Source: a virus (Duplodnaviria; Caudoviricetes). From it: a stretch of 64,000 nucleotides of DNA. The notes beneath the pieces are model-generated. The model saw nothing but the letters and a program-made list of their open reading frames with translations. It searched no databases and was not told where the DNA came from. Shown piece after piece: positions 28,371-38,533 of this stretch (the stretch's first letter is position 1; each line of letters opens with the position of its first letter). The position numbers were made by a program, and so were the translations under genes. The stretch is taken from positions 1 to 64,000 of the IMG/VR virus record IMGVR_UViG_2595698396_000001. One strand, 5' to 3'.

Positions 28371-28527
28371 TAGATTGGTAAACACATCGAAAGTAACCAG
28401 AGTTGAGATAATCAAGGAAGGTGTAGGTAGACAGTTTGTAGACATGGATTGTGAAATTGATGATATACAATTGCAAGACAATCATAGGACTATGAAAATA
28501 TTTATTAAAGATCATAATAAAAAATGA
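28342..28527 (+). CDS. small hypothetical protein
   Basis: 61-aa ORF. Confidence 0.5.
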   Translation: MEKNFVLNGDRLVNTSKVTRVEIIKEGVGRQFVDMDCEIDDIQLQDNHRTMKIFIKDHNKK

Positions 28528-28553
28528 TATGGGATAATAATTAAAAAAATTAA

Positions 28554-28931
28554 ATGATTTTATTTTGTGAAGGAAATGTTCCTTCTTCTAAGAACGGTAG
28601 ACAATGGACGGGTAAATATTTTATTGCGTCCAAAGCTACCAATCGTTGGAGAAAGGATACAAAATGGTGGTGGAAGGAAAATAAAGATAAGTTTGTAGAA
28701 AAAACGAAAGATAAGAACTTACCTTTGAGAATTGGTATGCATTTTGTTAGAGGTAGTAAACATAAATACGACTGGTTAAACCCAGCTCAAACTATCCAAG
28801 ATGAAATGGTAACATACGGATGGATGGAAGATGATAACACATCAATTATTGTACCTGTCCCATTTAAAGTTAACGGAGTGTATAGTTCTTATAATAAAGA
28901 AAAACCTGGGGTGTATATAAAAATATATTAG
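28554..28931 (+). CDS. RusA-like Holliday junction resolvase
   Basis: GNVPSSKN, DWLN, QD...EDDN, PGVYI. Confidence 0.7.
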   Translation: MILFCEGNVPSSKNGRQWTGKYFIASKATNRWRKDTKWWWKENKDKFVEKTKDKNLPLRIGMHFVRGSKHKYDWLNPAQTIQDEMVTYGWMEDDNTSIIVPVPFKVNGVYSSYNKEKPGVYIKIY

Positions 28932-28934
28932 TAT

Positions 28935-29213
28935 ATGCTAAATAAAAAACAGATGTTTGATTTATTACATTACTTGTTTAATGTTCAAGAAATGAAAGGT
29001 ATTCATTCTTTAATAGATAAAGAAAAATATAATTCTGTAAGAAATATTATAAGTAATAGAAAAGATCAATATGAAGATCGAATGCACTACATAACTACTA
29101 AAAATAACTTTTTTGCTAAAGCAACAGTTAATATAATAGAAGTTTGTGATGTATTAGAAGACTATTTTATTAACCAAATAGAAAATCAAGTTGATGACAG
29201 AGCAAGAGTATAG
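28935..29213 (+). CDS. hypothetical protein
   Basis: 92-aa ORF. Confidence 0.65.
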   Translation: MLNKKQMFDLLHYLFNVQEMKGIHSLIDKEKYNSVRNIISNRKDQYEDRMHYITTKNNFFAKATVNIIEVCDVLEDYFINQIENQVDDRARV

Positions 29214-30636
29214 AGATCTACCAGTAGAAGACTATTTAAATTATAGCTTAATATCGAAAGTAGATAGAGAAGGTCCAAAAGCGTTATTGGATAAAGAAGA
29301 TATTTCACAGAAAACTAGTATTAAATGGGGTAAATTAGCCCATGCATTACTATTAGGGAAAGAAATATTTGATGATTGTTATAAAGTATTAAAAAATGTA
29401 TGTAATATTACAGATACTTATGATAAACTTAAAGTAGAATTAATTAAAAATTTTCTACATAACGAAATTAAAATTTCCGATGTATCAGAGATAACAGATA
29501 CATATATAGAAGTGTGTCATAAAATTACTAAAGAATTAAAACTTTGGTCTAATATTAAGAAACCAGATTTACTGATTGCTAAATATTCTGAAGAAAGTTT
29601 CGTTAAATTTTTAGTAGAACAATTGGAAAATTTAGATGACGAACGCGAAAAAATATCATCTGAAAGTTTCATGGAAGCTTCGTTTATGTGTAAAGTGTTG
29701 AAAACTAATAAGTTTACAGCTCCTTACGTTAAAACTAATGACATTAAAAAACGTCAGTTATTATTTGAAATGCCATTATTATTTGAGTTTGCTAATACTA
29801 TGTATAAAGCAATGTTAGATATTATATGCATTGACCATGAAAACAAAACTATCAGAATGGTAGATTTGAAGACAGGAACTGATGATTTTAAAAAATTTAA
29901 GAGTAAGTTTTTCTTTTGGAGATATGATATCCAAGCAGCCTTATATACTATAGCGCTTGAGAGTTTCATTGTTAAACAGAATTTCAAAAACTATAGAATT
30001 TTAGATCCCTTGTATATATATGTTAATAAATTCGATTTAGAAAATCCTTATGTATTTAGAGTATCTGAATCTGTAGTTCTTAATGCTATTACAGGTTATG
30101 AAACTGCTGATGGTTATACAAGTAAAGGTATTTTAGAATTGTCAGAAGATATTAAATATTATATTAAGAATAAATCATTTAATTATGATAGAGAATATCT
30201 TACAAAAGGTGAAATTCTAATAGATTATAATAAAGATTATCATAGAACTAATTCAGTACCATCTAATACATTTTCTAATTATACTCGTTCTAGAATGCCT
30301 GAATTTACTGAAAGTATGGAAGATAATCCTAATACAGCGTCGTTACAATTTGAAACACATAGGTTTGGTACAATGGCGAGTCGTTCAAGAGGAGCCTCTA
30401 GAGAAGGTTTAGACGAAAATGCTAGAATAATGCGAGATTATACTGCTTCATTTCTAAGATCGACAGAACCTTTTACAACTATGGGAATGGATCATTTTAG
30501 GGCTGAACCAAATCGAACTGAAGCAACTTTAACATCTGATCAATTACATCGCGCTATTAATGAAATCGTAGAACCTTTAGATACTCCAGATGATTCTGAT
30601 ACAACTACAACTGATAACTCAGAAGGTTGGAATTAG
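29191..30636 (+). CDS. PD-(D/E)XK exonuclease (RecE/ExoVIII-like) with long C-terminal tail
   Basis: NYS, GKLAH, KAMLD, VDLKT, YDIQAALY. Confidence 0.8.
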   Translation: MMTEQEYRDLPVEDYLNYSLISKVDREGPKALLDKEDISQKTSIKWGKLAHALLLGKEIFDDCYKVLKNVCNITDTYDKLKVELIKNFLHNEIKISDVSEITDTYIEVCHKITKELKLWSNIKKPDLLIAKYSEESFVKFLVEQLENLDDEREKISSESFMEASFMCKVLKTNKFTAPYVKTNDIKKRQLLFEMPLLFEFANTMYKAMLDIICIDHENKTIRMVDLKTGTDDFKKFKSKFFFWRYDIQAALYTIALESFIVKQNFKNYRILDPLYIYVNKFDLENPYVFRVSESVVLNAITGYETADGYTSKGILELSEDIKYYIKNKSFNYDREYLTKGEILIDYNKDYHRTNSVPSNTFSNYTRSRMPEFTESMEDNPNTASLQFETHRFGTMASRSRGASREGLDENARIMRDYTASFLRSTEPFTTMGMDHFRAEPNRTEATLTSDQLHRAINEIVEPLDTPDDSDTTTTDNSEGWN

Positions 30637-30649
30637 AAAAATATGGTAA

Positions 30650-31249
30650 ATGAAGAAAAATTACAGTTATACTTATTTAACTCCCTTATTAGGAGAGCAA
30701 GTCTATTTTGATAAACAAATTTTAAAACATATAAAAAATACATATCTATTTAGTACAAAACATGTACAAGGTAATTTGTTTTTTATATTATGTAACTTTA
30801 ACTATAGAGATCCTGAATTTTCATCAATTGAATCTAGATTAATATCTAGTAACTTATTTATGGAAAGTCATGATATAGGAGAAGATGTATTATATGTTTT
30901 TAAATTTCCAGATGAATATAGTTCAGAATATTTAAATTTCATTCAAGGACGATATTCTAAACTTAATGATGATGCTAAAAAAATTATATTGAATTTCTGG
31001 TCTACATTTTATGGAAGTGTTCCATCATTTGTAACTACTACATTATTGAAGATTAAACAGGTATTGTATAAAGATAAAAAACTAAAAGAGAAACTGGAAG
31101 CCCAGTTAAGCTCAGAAGGACATCCTGTAATCTTAAGCGATGATGCAGAGTTAGGAAATAAAATTCGTGTTGAAAGCGAACAATTTGAATTTCCAGAAAG
31201 TAAAGAAATTAGTTTAGAAAATATTAAAAAATTATTTAACATAGAATGA
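30650..31249 (+). CDS. hypothetical protein
   Basis: 199-aa ORF. Confidence 0.7.
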   Translation: MKKNYSYTYLTPLLGEQVYFDKQILKHIKNTYLFSTKHVQGNLFFILCNFNYRDPEFSSIESRLISSNLFMESHDIGEDVLYVFKFPDEYSSEYLNFIQGRYSKLNDDAKKIILNFWSTFYGSVPSFVTTTLLKIKQVLYKDKKLKEKLEAQLSSEGHPVILSDDAELGNKIRVESEQFEFPESKEISLENIKKLFNIE

Positions 31250-31647
31250 TAGAAGGATTAAATGTAATATCTAAGGAAATTTATGAAGCTAATAAAGCTA
31301 AAGGTTTCTGGGATAAAGAAAGAAATGTTGGAGAGACTTTAATGTTAGTAGTTACAGAGCTAGCAGAAGCTATGGAAGCTCATCGAGGTAAGGGTAGAAA
31401 GTTAGATAGAGAAACTTTTGAAAGATTTATACCTATTAGCTATAGTGTTCCAAAAGACATTGAAGAAAAAAGTTTTAAATTTTATTTTGAAGATAATATT
31501 AAAGATACTTTTGAAGATGAAATCGCAGATGCTATGATACGTATTTTTGATATGGCAGGAGGACTAAACATTGATTTAGAATTCCATATTGAAAATAAGT
31601 TGAAATATAATGCTACTAGAGAAAGACTACATGGTAAAAAATATTAA
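31246..31647 (+). CDS. MazG-like nucleotide pyrophosphohydrolase
   Basis: ELAEAMEA, EDEIADAMIRIFD, KLKYNATR. Confidence 0.85.
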   Translation: MIEGLNVISKEIYEANKAKGFWDKERNVGETLMLVVTELAEAMEAHRGKGRKLDRETFERFIPISYSVPKDIEEKSFKFYFEDNIKDTFEDEIADAMIRIFDMAGGLNIDLEFHIENKLKYNATRERLHGKKY

Positions 31648-31840
31648 AGCTCCTAGCGCTAAACAAAAGCTAGCAAGACGTAGAAATTTTAATAAGTTCA
31701 GATTAACAGGTTTTACATTAGATACATCAGGACTTACTAAATTTGAGTATAATGCCTTTATGGATTTTAAACAACAAATGATTTCAAATTGGAATTATAA
31801 TAGTAATGAACTAGGATTAAATGTTAAAAAAGGAGTTTAA
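31631..31840 (+). CDS. small basic hypothetical protein
   Basis: MVKNIKAPSAKQKLARRRNF. Confidence 0.55.
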   Translation: MVKNIKAPSAKQKLARRRNFNKFRLTGFTLDTSGLTKFEYNAFMDFKQQMISNWNYNSNELGLNVKKGV

Positions 31841-31842
31841 AT

Positions 31843-32805
31843 TTGAGTATAAGAGATGAGAGGATAGCCTTCAAACCTTTTCAATATCAATGGGCGTATG
31901 ATTATTGGTTTAAACAACAGAATGCACATTGGTTGCATACTGAAATCAATATGAACGATGATGTTAAGAATTGGAGCGAAGACTTAGATGAGAAAGAGAA
32001 AAATGTTATAGGTAATATCTTAAAAGGATTTACTCAAACAGAGTGCGAAGTAGGAGATTATTGGTCGTCCTATATTCCAAAATGGTTTCCTGTACCTGAA
32101 ATAAAATTAATGGCTCAAACTTTTGGAGCTTTTGAAACAATACATGCAATAGCTTATAGTTACTTAAATGATACGCTGGGATTAGATGATTTTGAATCAT
32201 TTATGGAAGACCAAGCTACAATGGATAAGCTAGCTGTATTGATGGAAATAGATCCAGATACAAATGATATTAAAGAGATTGCAAGAAGTTTAGCGTTGTT
32301 TAGTGCAGCTGCTGAAGGTATTCAATTGTTTAGTTCATTTGCAGTCTTATTAAGCTTTAAAAAGAAGAACATACTTAATGGTATAGGTAAACAAATGGAA
32401 TTTAGTGTTAGAGATGAAAGTCTTCACTCTGAAGCTGGATGTAAATTATTTAGAACTCTATGTCAAGAGAACAATGGTTTAATTGATGAAATTAGACAGG
32501 ATATTTACGACGGTATAGATTTAGCACTTAAAAATGAATTCAAGTATATTGACAAAATATTTGAACTTGGTGATTTAGAAACTATTAATAAAGAGCAACT
32601 TAAAAACTTTATGTATGACAGAGCTAATAGAAAGCTCGTGGAACTAGGTTTAAAAGAAATTTATGTAGTAGATAAATCATTATTATCAGAAATGACATGG
32701 TTTTATGTCGCTGTTTCTGGTGAACAACAAACTGATTTCTTTGCCAATCGAGAATCTGGTTATAGTAAAGCTAATTCAGATTGGAATGATGAAATTGATT
32801 TTTAA
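31843..32805 (+). CDS. nrdB: ribonucleotide reductase class Ia beta subunit
   Basis: FETIHAIAY, EGIQLFSSF, RDESLH, DFFA; TTG start. Confidence 0.95.
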   Translation: MSIRDERIAFKPFQYQWAYDYWFKQQNAHWLHTEINMNDDVKNWSEDLDEKEKNVIGNILKGFTQTECEVGDYWSSYIPKWFPVPEIKLMAQTFGAFETIHAIAYSYLNDTLGLDDFESFMEDQATMDKLAVLMEIDPDTNDIKEIARSLALFSAAAEGIQLFSSFAVLLSFKKKNILNGIGKQMEFSVRDESLHSEAGCKLFRTLCQENNGLIDEIRQDIYDGIDLALKNEFKYIDKIFELGDLETINKEQLKNFMYDRANRKLVELGLKEIYVVDKSLLSEMTWFYVAVSGEQQTDFFANRESGYSKANSDWNDEIDF

Positions 32806-32816
32806 AAAGTATTTAA

Positions 32817-33023
32817 ATGAAGAGAGATAATATGATGTTAGGTAGAACAAATACAGGTTTTAAAGGAATTACTAAAAGAACTCGTCCTAGAGTTAGGAAA
32901 GAAGCGGTTACTAAGTTTCAAGCTTCATTCCAAGTAAAAGGTCAAACAATCCACATAGGTGAATTCAATTCTGCACCAGAAGCTGTATCAGCTAGAACTA
33001 ATTTTATTACAAGTTTAATATAA
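32817..33023 (+). CDS. stand-alone AP2-domain protein
   Basis: NTGFKGI...FQASFQVKGQTIHIGEFNSAPEAVSAR. Confidence 0.7.
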   Translation: MKRDNMMLGRTNTGFKGITKRTRPRVRKEAVTKFQASFQVKGQTIHIGEFNSAPEAVSARTNFITSLI

Positions 33024-33451
33024 TGTCCAGACCCAAATATAAAGTTTTCATTTATGATGATGATGGTAAATATTTAGGTGATTTCCCATCAATGACAGAA
33101 TTTGCGCATACTTACAATTTAAGTAAGAATTGTTTAGTAAACTCTGATAAAAATTATCATTTATTTGATGATGGTAGAATAGCCGTTCTAGAAAGAATGG
33201 GTAGGGATAAAGTTAGACAATTGAAATCTTATATTTCAAGTCCATATGTAGGTAAAAATAAAAGTATAGCATTAGGACATTTAAAAGATAAATTAAATCC
33301 TATCAAATTATATGATTTAGATGGTGATTTGATTGCAACATTTGAAAATTCTTTTGTAATGTCTAAACTTACTAGTTTACCTACTAATTATAAAAATGGT
33401 ACTTTAACTAGAGATGGATTAAAAATAGTAATAGAGGATGAGAGAGACTAA
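33023..33451 (+). CDS. NUMOD1-like DNA-binding repeat protein
   Basis: Two repeats: VFIYDDDGKYLGDFPS and IKLYDLDGDLIATFEN. Confidence 0.65.
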   Translation: MSRPKYKVFIYDDDGKYLGDFPSMTEFAHTYNLSKNCLVNSDKNYHLFDDGRIAVLERMGRDKVRQLKSYISSPYVGKNKSIALGHLKDKLNPIKLYDLDGDLIATFENSFVMSKLTSLPTNYKNGTLTRDGLKIVIEDERD

Positions 33452-33650
33452 AACATACAGAGTTTTCTATCATTATTACAGACAGTATAAATGCATGTCG
33501 GTGCATTTCAAAGGTAAGTGTTATAAAGTTAATGATGTAGTTTCAGAAGTTAATACTGAAACAAAATGGAATAAAACCCAGCCTAATTTGGTGATACGAG
33601 GTTTTGCAAAAGAAGTAAACATTGTTGATGATATAGCATATATTAAATAA
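33438..33650 (+). CDS. hypothetical protein
   Basis: 70-aa ORF. Confidence 0.65.
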   Translation: MRETKTYRVFYHYYRQYKCMSVHFKGKCYKVNDVVSEVNTETKWNKTQPNLVIRGFAKEVNIVDDIAYIK

Positions 33651-33694
33651 CTAATTTAACACACTGTGTAGGGTGGGTTGGTTGGTTTATTTAT

Positions 33695-35422
33695 ATGATA
33701 GAAACGCACAGGATAGCGAATGCAGAAGGATGGGAAGTAGAAAGAGATTACCCTGCGTGGGGGAATAATGACTTATATTTAACAACAATAAAAGGTGGAT
33801 ACTTACAGAAAGGTGAGACACCAAGAGATGCTTATAATAGGTTAGCTAATACAGCTGCTAATTTATTAAACGATAAAACTTTAGTAAATGAGTTTTTTAA
33901 GATATTCTGGAATGGATGGTTAATTCCATCTACACCAGTCATGGTTAATTTTGGTACAGACAAAGGTTTACCCATTAGTTGTTTTAGTGGGAAGATAGAC
34001 GATGACATGTATGAAATAGGTCGGAAGGAACTTGAGATGCGCATGCTATCTAAGTATAGTGGAGGAACGGCGTATGATTTCTCAAGTATTAGACCGCTAG
34101 GAGCTCCTATTAAAAATGGGACATTAGGAACTTCAGATGGTATTATACCATTTATGAAATCCTACGATAGTACTATAATATCTTCAAAACAAGGTAAAAC
34201 CCGTAGGGGTGCTGTTGCGTTGTATTTAAATACAGAGCATAAGGAATACGAAGAATTTTTAAAGATTAGAGAGCCTAAAGGTGATGTAAATCGTCAATGT
34301 CATAACGTGCATCAAGGTGCCGTCATTACAGATTCATTTATGAATACTGTTATTGACAATAAAGATAGTAAGGAACGTCAACTTTGGTTGGATACTTTGA
34401 AAACCAGAGTTAAAACTGGTGAACCTTATATGTTTTTCATTGATAATGCTAATAGGAACTTACCATTAAATTGGAAAGAAAATGATTTAAAGATTTGGCA
34501 TAGTAACTTATGTTCTGAAATAATGCTGCCAACAGACGGTAGGCATACATTAGTGTGTTGTTTATCGTCCCTCAACCTTGTAAAATTCGATGAGTGGAAA
34601 GATACAAATACTGTATTCCTAGCTACAATGTTTTTAGATTCAGTTTTACAAGATTTTATAAATCGAAGTAAAGATTCTAAAGGTATTGAAGATGCTAGAA
34701 GATTTGCTAAAAAATCAAGAGCATTGGGTCTTGGTACTCTAGGATGGCACACATACCTCCAGAGTAAGAATTTACCTTTTATTTCAATATATTCTAATGG
34801 TATAACAAAAAAGATGTTCTCTCATATTAATGATGAGTCCATCAAAGCTTCTAATTTCTTAGCCAGTAAATTTGGTGAACCAAAGTGGTGTAAAGGTACA
34901 GGTAGAAGAAATCTTACTAGAATGGCAATAGCTCCAAATCGAAGCTCCGCAAAGCTCGCAGGAGGAGTAAGTCAAGGCATTGAGCCTATTGCTGCTAATA
35001 TTTATATGGATGACGATGCAAAGGGTATGCATATTAGACGAAATCCTATTTTGGAAAAAGTCCTAATAGAAAAAGGTAAAAATATACCAGAAGTATGGGA
35101 TCAAATCATAGAAGATAAAGGTAGCGTAGTAAATGTTAGATGTTTATCAGAAGATGAAAAGGATGTTTTTAGAACATTCAAAGAGATTAATCAATTAGAA
35201 TTAGTTAAACAAGCAGCTGTCAGACAGGAATTCATTGACCAAGGTCAGAGTTTAAATTTAGCATTTAGACAGGACGCTCCAGCTAATTTTATTAACAAAG
35301 TTCACATGGAAGCATGGAAACTTGGAATAAAAGCACTTTACTATTTCAGAAGTGAATCTATATTAAGAGCTGATAGTCAGCAACGAGATTTATATGACGA
35401 ATGTTTAATGTGCGAAGGATAA
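33695..35422 (+). CDS. nrdA: ribonucleotide reductase class Ia alpha subunit (no ATP cone)
   Basis: PSTPV, ISCF, SNLCSEI, CCLSSLN, IAPN, DQGQS, LYY, C-terminal CLMCEG. Confidence 0.95.
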   Translation: MIETHRIANAEGWEVERDYPAWGNNDLYLTTIKGGYLQKGETPRDAYNRLANTAANLLNDKTLVNEFFKIFWNGWLIPSTPVMVNFGTDKGLPISCFSGKIDDDMYEIGRKELEMRMLSKYSGGTAYDFSSIRPLGAPIKNGTLGTSDGIIPFMKSYDSTIISSKQGKTRRGAVALYLNTEHKEYEEFLKIREPKGDVNRQCHNVHQGAVITDSFMNTVIDNKDSKERQLWLDTLKTRVKTGEPYMFFIDNANRNLPLNWKENDLKIWHSNLCSEIMLPTDGRHTLVCCLSSLNLVKFDEWKDTNTVFLATMFLDSVLQDFINRSKDSKGIEDARRFAKKSRALGLGTLGWHTYLQSKNLPFISIYSNGITKKMFSHINDESIKASNFLASKFGEPKWCKGTGRRNLTRMAIAPNRSSAKLAGGVSQGIEPIAANIYMDDDAKGMHIRRNPILEKVLIEKGKNIPEVWDQIIEDKGSVVNVRCLSEDEKDVFRTFKEINQLELVKQAAVRQEFIDQGQSLNLAFRQDAPANFINKVHMEAWKLGIKALYYFRSESILRADSQQRDLYDECLMCEG

Positions 35423-35431
35423 AAAAAGTAA

Positions 35432-35471
35432 TTATGAAGGCACTGGAGGTAATTCTCTGGTGCCATCATAA
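35432..35471. other. strong intergenic hairpin after nrdA, without a U-tract
   Basis: TTATGAAGGCACTGGAG-loop-CTCTGGTGCCATCATAA. Confidence 0.55.
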
Positions 35472-35503
35472 GTTAACAAAACACAAACATAAATTTTAAA
35501 AAA

Positions 35504-36562
35504 ATGACTGATGAACTGAATCATACTACTATAACTAGTAAAAAAGCTGAATTTGGAACTATTGTATATGAAGCGATCTGTGGTAATCATTTATATGGTA
35601 TTCAATTAGGTAGTGAAAGCACTAAAAATAAAGGTGTATACGTTGCAACTGAAGAAAATATTACTAAGGATAAAGTCTCTAACATAATATTAATAAACAA
35701 TACTATGTATTATGAGATATCATTTTTTATGGATTTACTAATTAAAAATGATGTAGATGCTATTGAGATGTTATCAGTTGATGATAATTTTATATTATTG
35801 TCGCATCCTACATTCAAAGAATACTGTAGTGATAGACTTAATCTTTTTTTCAATCATAATAAATTTCATACTGAAGTTTTGAAATTAGTTAATGATAGTA
35901 TTAAAGATATTAAAAGAGTTGAAGTTTTAGAAAAACCTGATCATTTAGATTATTTAAGAGTATCTACTGATATTGGTAATATCAATAAAAGTATTACATT
36001 TTCTCAATTTTTATCAAAAGAAATTTTGAAAAATAAAGTGAGTATTGGTAATTATTATAGTAAGACCATAAATAGTTTACATAGTGATTATAGAATGTTA
36101 TTTTATAATGATGAAAAAGGTGTAGATAATCAACAAAAATTATTAGATCATAATTCTAATTTTATATCATATGCTACATCTATAGTTAGACCTAGTAAAG
36201 GCGTGTTAATTTTTGATAGATTAAACTATAATAGAGATTTAACAACTTATTTATCATCATCTAAACATTCTATAGTGTATAATGAAAATAAACTAGCTAG
36301 ATCTACTAAATTATTAGATTCTTTAATAGATTTTTATGATAAATCTACATATAGACTATATTTTCCAGTTAAAGGTGATAAAAGATATTTATTATCAATT
36401 AGAGCTAAACAACCTAAATATGATGCTATCCTATTTGATATTAATCAAAAAATAGAGATTGTAAATGAATTATCTAGAAAAAGAACTAAGTGTACATTTG
36501 TAATCCAAGTAGCAGTTAAACAATTTGTTATTGATAAAATGAGATCAGTTACATCGTCGTAA
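35504..36562 (+). CDS. degenerate nucleotidyltransferase-like protein
   Basis: CGNHLYG...KGVY, YYEISFFMDLLIKNDVDAIEML and YLLSIR resemble the phage GSxxYG...DxD nucleotidyltransferases, but DxD is missing. Confidence 0.55.
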   Translation: MTDELNHTTITSKKAEFGTIVYEAICGNHLYGIQLGSESTKNKGVYVATEENITKDKVSNIILINNTMYYEISFFMDLLIKNDVDAIEMLSVDDNFILLSHPTFKEYCSDRLNLFFNHNKFHTEVLKLVNDSIKDIKRVEVLEKPDHLDYLRVSTDIGNINKSITFSQFLSKEILKNKVSIGNYYSKTINSLHSDYRMLFYNDEKGVDNQQKLLDHNSNFISYATSIVRPSKGVLIFDRLNYNRDLTTYLSSSKHSIVYNENKLARSTKLLDSLIDFYDKSTYRLYFPVKGDKRYLLSIRAKQPKYDAILFDINQKIEIVNELSRKRTKCTFVIQVAVKQFVIDKMRSVTSS

Positions 36563-36568
36563 TATGAA

Positions 36569-37780
36569 ATGACGGAAAATAAGAGAGATAGCATACAAAG
36601 AAAGGCAGTTAAAAAATGGATTGATAATGGTAAAGTAGGTACATGTGAGATAATCACAGGTCTTGGTAAAACCTTTATTGCTCTACACTGTCTTTCAAGT
36701 ATGCCTATTAATGACAAAATTCATTTATTTCTAGCAGAAACAACTAACCGAAAGAAAGATCTAATCGATGATATTATTAAGTATGATAATATATTTGGTA
36801 CTAACCTATTAGATGATTATAAACTTAGATTTTATTGTTATCAAACCGTTTATAAATGGAAAGATAGAAACTTCGGATTAGTTATATGTGATGAAATACA
36901 TGATCAACTATCCCCTTCATATGTTAGATTTCATGAAAATAATAGTTATGACGCGATATTAGGATTATCAGCAACTATTACACGAAACACTAAATATGAG
37001 GATGAAAATGGTAAATACTTTACCAAAGGTGCTCTATTAAATAAATATTGTCCTGTAATATTTAAATATAGTGTTAATCAAGCTCAAATAGATGAGACAT
37101 CTAGAAAATTAAATGTGAATGTCATATCACATAGTTTAGATGAAAAAGAAAAGAATATAGTAAGTGGATCCAAAAAGAATCCATTTATGCAAACTGAGAA
37201 AGCTGCTTATGATTATTGGAATAAAGAATTTGCAAAAGCGTTCTATATAGATAATGATGATGTAAGAGATTTTAAAATTAGAATAGCTTCTCACAAAAGA
37301 AGTAATATACTTTATAATTTAAAATCTAAAGTTCCAGTAGTTAAAGAGTTATTAAAATTACTTCCAGATAAAACTATTATATTTGGAAATAGTATAGATG
37401 CTTTACTAGAGGTTACACCTAATGTAGTTAGTTCGCGAAACAAAGAAGATGTTAATGATAACATTAGGCGACAATTCGAGAAAGGTGATATAAACGTTAT
37501 AGGGAGCTTTAAAAAATTAAAACAAGGTGCAAATCTATCAGGACTAGATAACTGCATTATAATGTCTTATTATAGTACTGAGAAGGACTTAATACAAAGA
37601 CTTGGTAGACTTCGAATAAATGCAGACAAAGTAGGTACAGTGTTCATTATAGTAACTAAAAATACTAAAGAACAAGATTGGTACGATAAAATGTTTGAAG
37701 GAATTGATGTTTTTGATATTAAAGAATTTTCAAGTGTACAACACTATGTAGATTATTCTAATAATATTAAAAAATCATGA
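36569..37780 (+). CDS. superfamily 2 helicase
   Basis: TGLGKT, DEIH, GLSAT, QGANL, QRLGR. Confidence 0.9.
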   Translation: MTENKRDSIQRKAVKKWIDNGKVGTCEIITGLGKTFIALHCLSSMPINDKIHLFLAETTNRKKDLIDDIIKYDNIFGTNLLDDYKLRFYCYQTVYKWKDRNFGLVICDEIHDQLSPSYVRFHENNSYDAILGLSATITRNTKYEDENGKYFTKGALLNKYCPVIFKYSVNQAQIDETSRKLNVNVISHSLDEKEKNIVSGSKKNPFMQTEKAAYDYWNKEFAKAFYIDNDDVRDFKIRIASHKRSNILYNLKSKVPVVKELLKLLPDKTIIFGNSIDALLEVTPNVVSSRNKEDVNDNIRRQFEKGDINVIGSFKKLKQGANLSGLDNCIIMSYYSTEKDLIQRLGRLRINADKVGTVFIIVTKNTKEQDWYDKMFEGIDVFDIKEFSSVQHYVDYSNNIKKS

Positions 37781-38106
37781 CAGAAGGATTACGAGAGAAT
37801 GATGGTAAATTAAAATGGTCATTAGTATCATGGAAAGCATTGGAACCTATGGTGAGAGTTTTAATGTTTGGTGCACAAAAATATGAATCATGGAATTGGA
37901 GTAAAGGATTAAAGTATACTGAAGTATGTGAATCACTTCAAAGACATTTAAATGCTTTTATACAAGGTGAAAACAATGACCTTGAAAGTAAATTAGAACA
38001 TGTAGGTCATATATTATGTAATGCAATGTTCTTATCTTATATGTTTCTATTTAGGAAAGATATGGATGATAGATATAACGATAAAAATTTAAATAATGAA
38101 ATTTAA
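37777..38106 (+). CDS. dATP/dGTP diphosphohydrolase-like (DUF5664)
   Basis: GKLKWSL, FGAQKY..WNW.KG, RH, DLESKLEHVGH. Confidence 0.8.
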   Translation: MTEGLRENDGKLKWSLVSWKALEPMVRVLMFGAQKYESWNWSKGLKYTEVCESLQRHLNAFIQGENNDLESKLEHVGHILCNAMFLSYMFLFRKDMDDRYNDKNLNNEI

Positions 38107-38530
38107 AATAACAGATAGAGTTAAAAAAAATAGAAATCCAACTTCTACTTTTGAGTTTGTAATTGAACTTATGGGTGGTGATGCGGATGCCAGTTTTTAT
38201 CCAACAGTATTAGTAGATGAAAATAATCCGTATCTTGAGAGATTTGTAAAGTTCTTAGAGAATTGCAAAAAAGCTTATCCTAATGGTAAAGGAGGGTATG
38301 ATGATTATTCACATGTTGAAGATTACTGGTTGTTTATAGAAGAATCTGAATTTCCAGATGATATAAGTAAAGAACAAGAGGCTGCTTTTGAAAAAGAAGT
38401 TGAAAACTGCGGTATTACATTTTTTTGGGAATCAAATTATGAATATTTTGGAGAATCATCATTTGTAAACTATAGAGTTCTATACTATGATGAAAATGGT
38501 ATAAAACATAATATAGAAATTGAATTTTAA
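38096..38530 (+). CDS. acidic hypothetical protein
   Basis: 144-aa ORF. Confidence 0.65.
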   Translation: MKFKITDRVKKNRNPTSTFEFVIELMGGDADASFYPTVLVDENNPYLERFVKFLENCKKAYPNGKGGYDDYSHVEDYWLFIEESEFPDDISKEQEAAFEKEVENCGITFFWESNYEYFGESSFVNYRVLYYDENGIKHNIEIEF

Positions 38531-38533
38531 ATA

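Noticed and set aside
37777-38106. 2-aminoadenine or 7-deazaguanine DNA modification, suggested by the DUF5664-like and MazG-like genes
   Set aside because: No purZ, dpdA, queC/D/E or folE recognised in the window.
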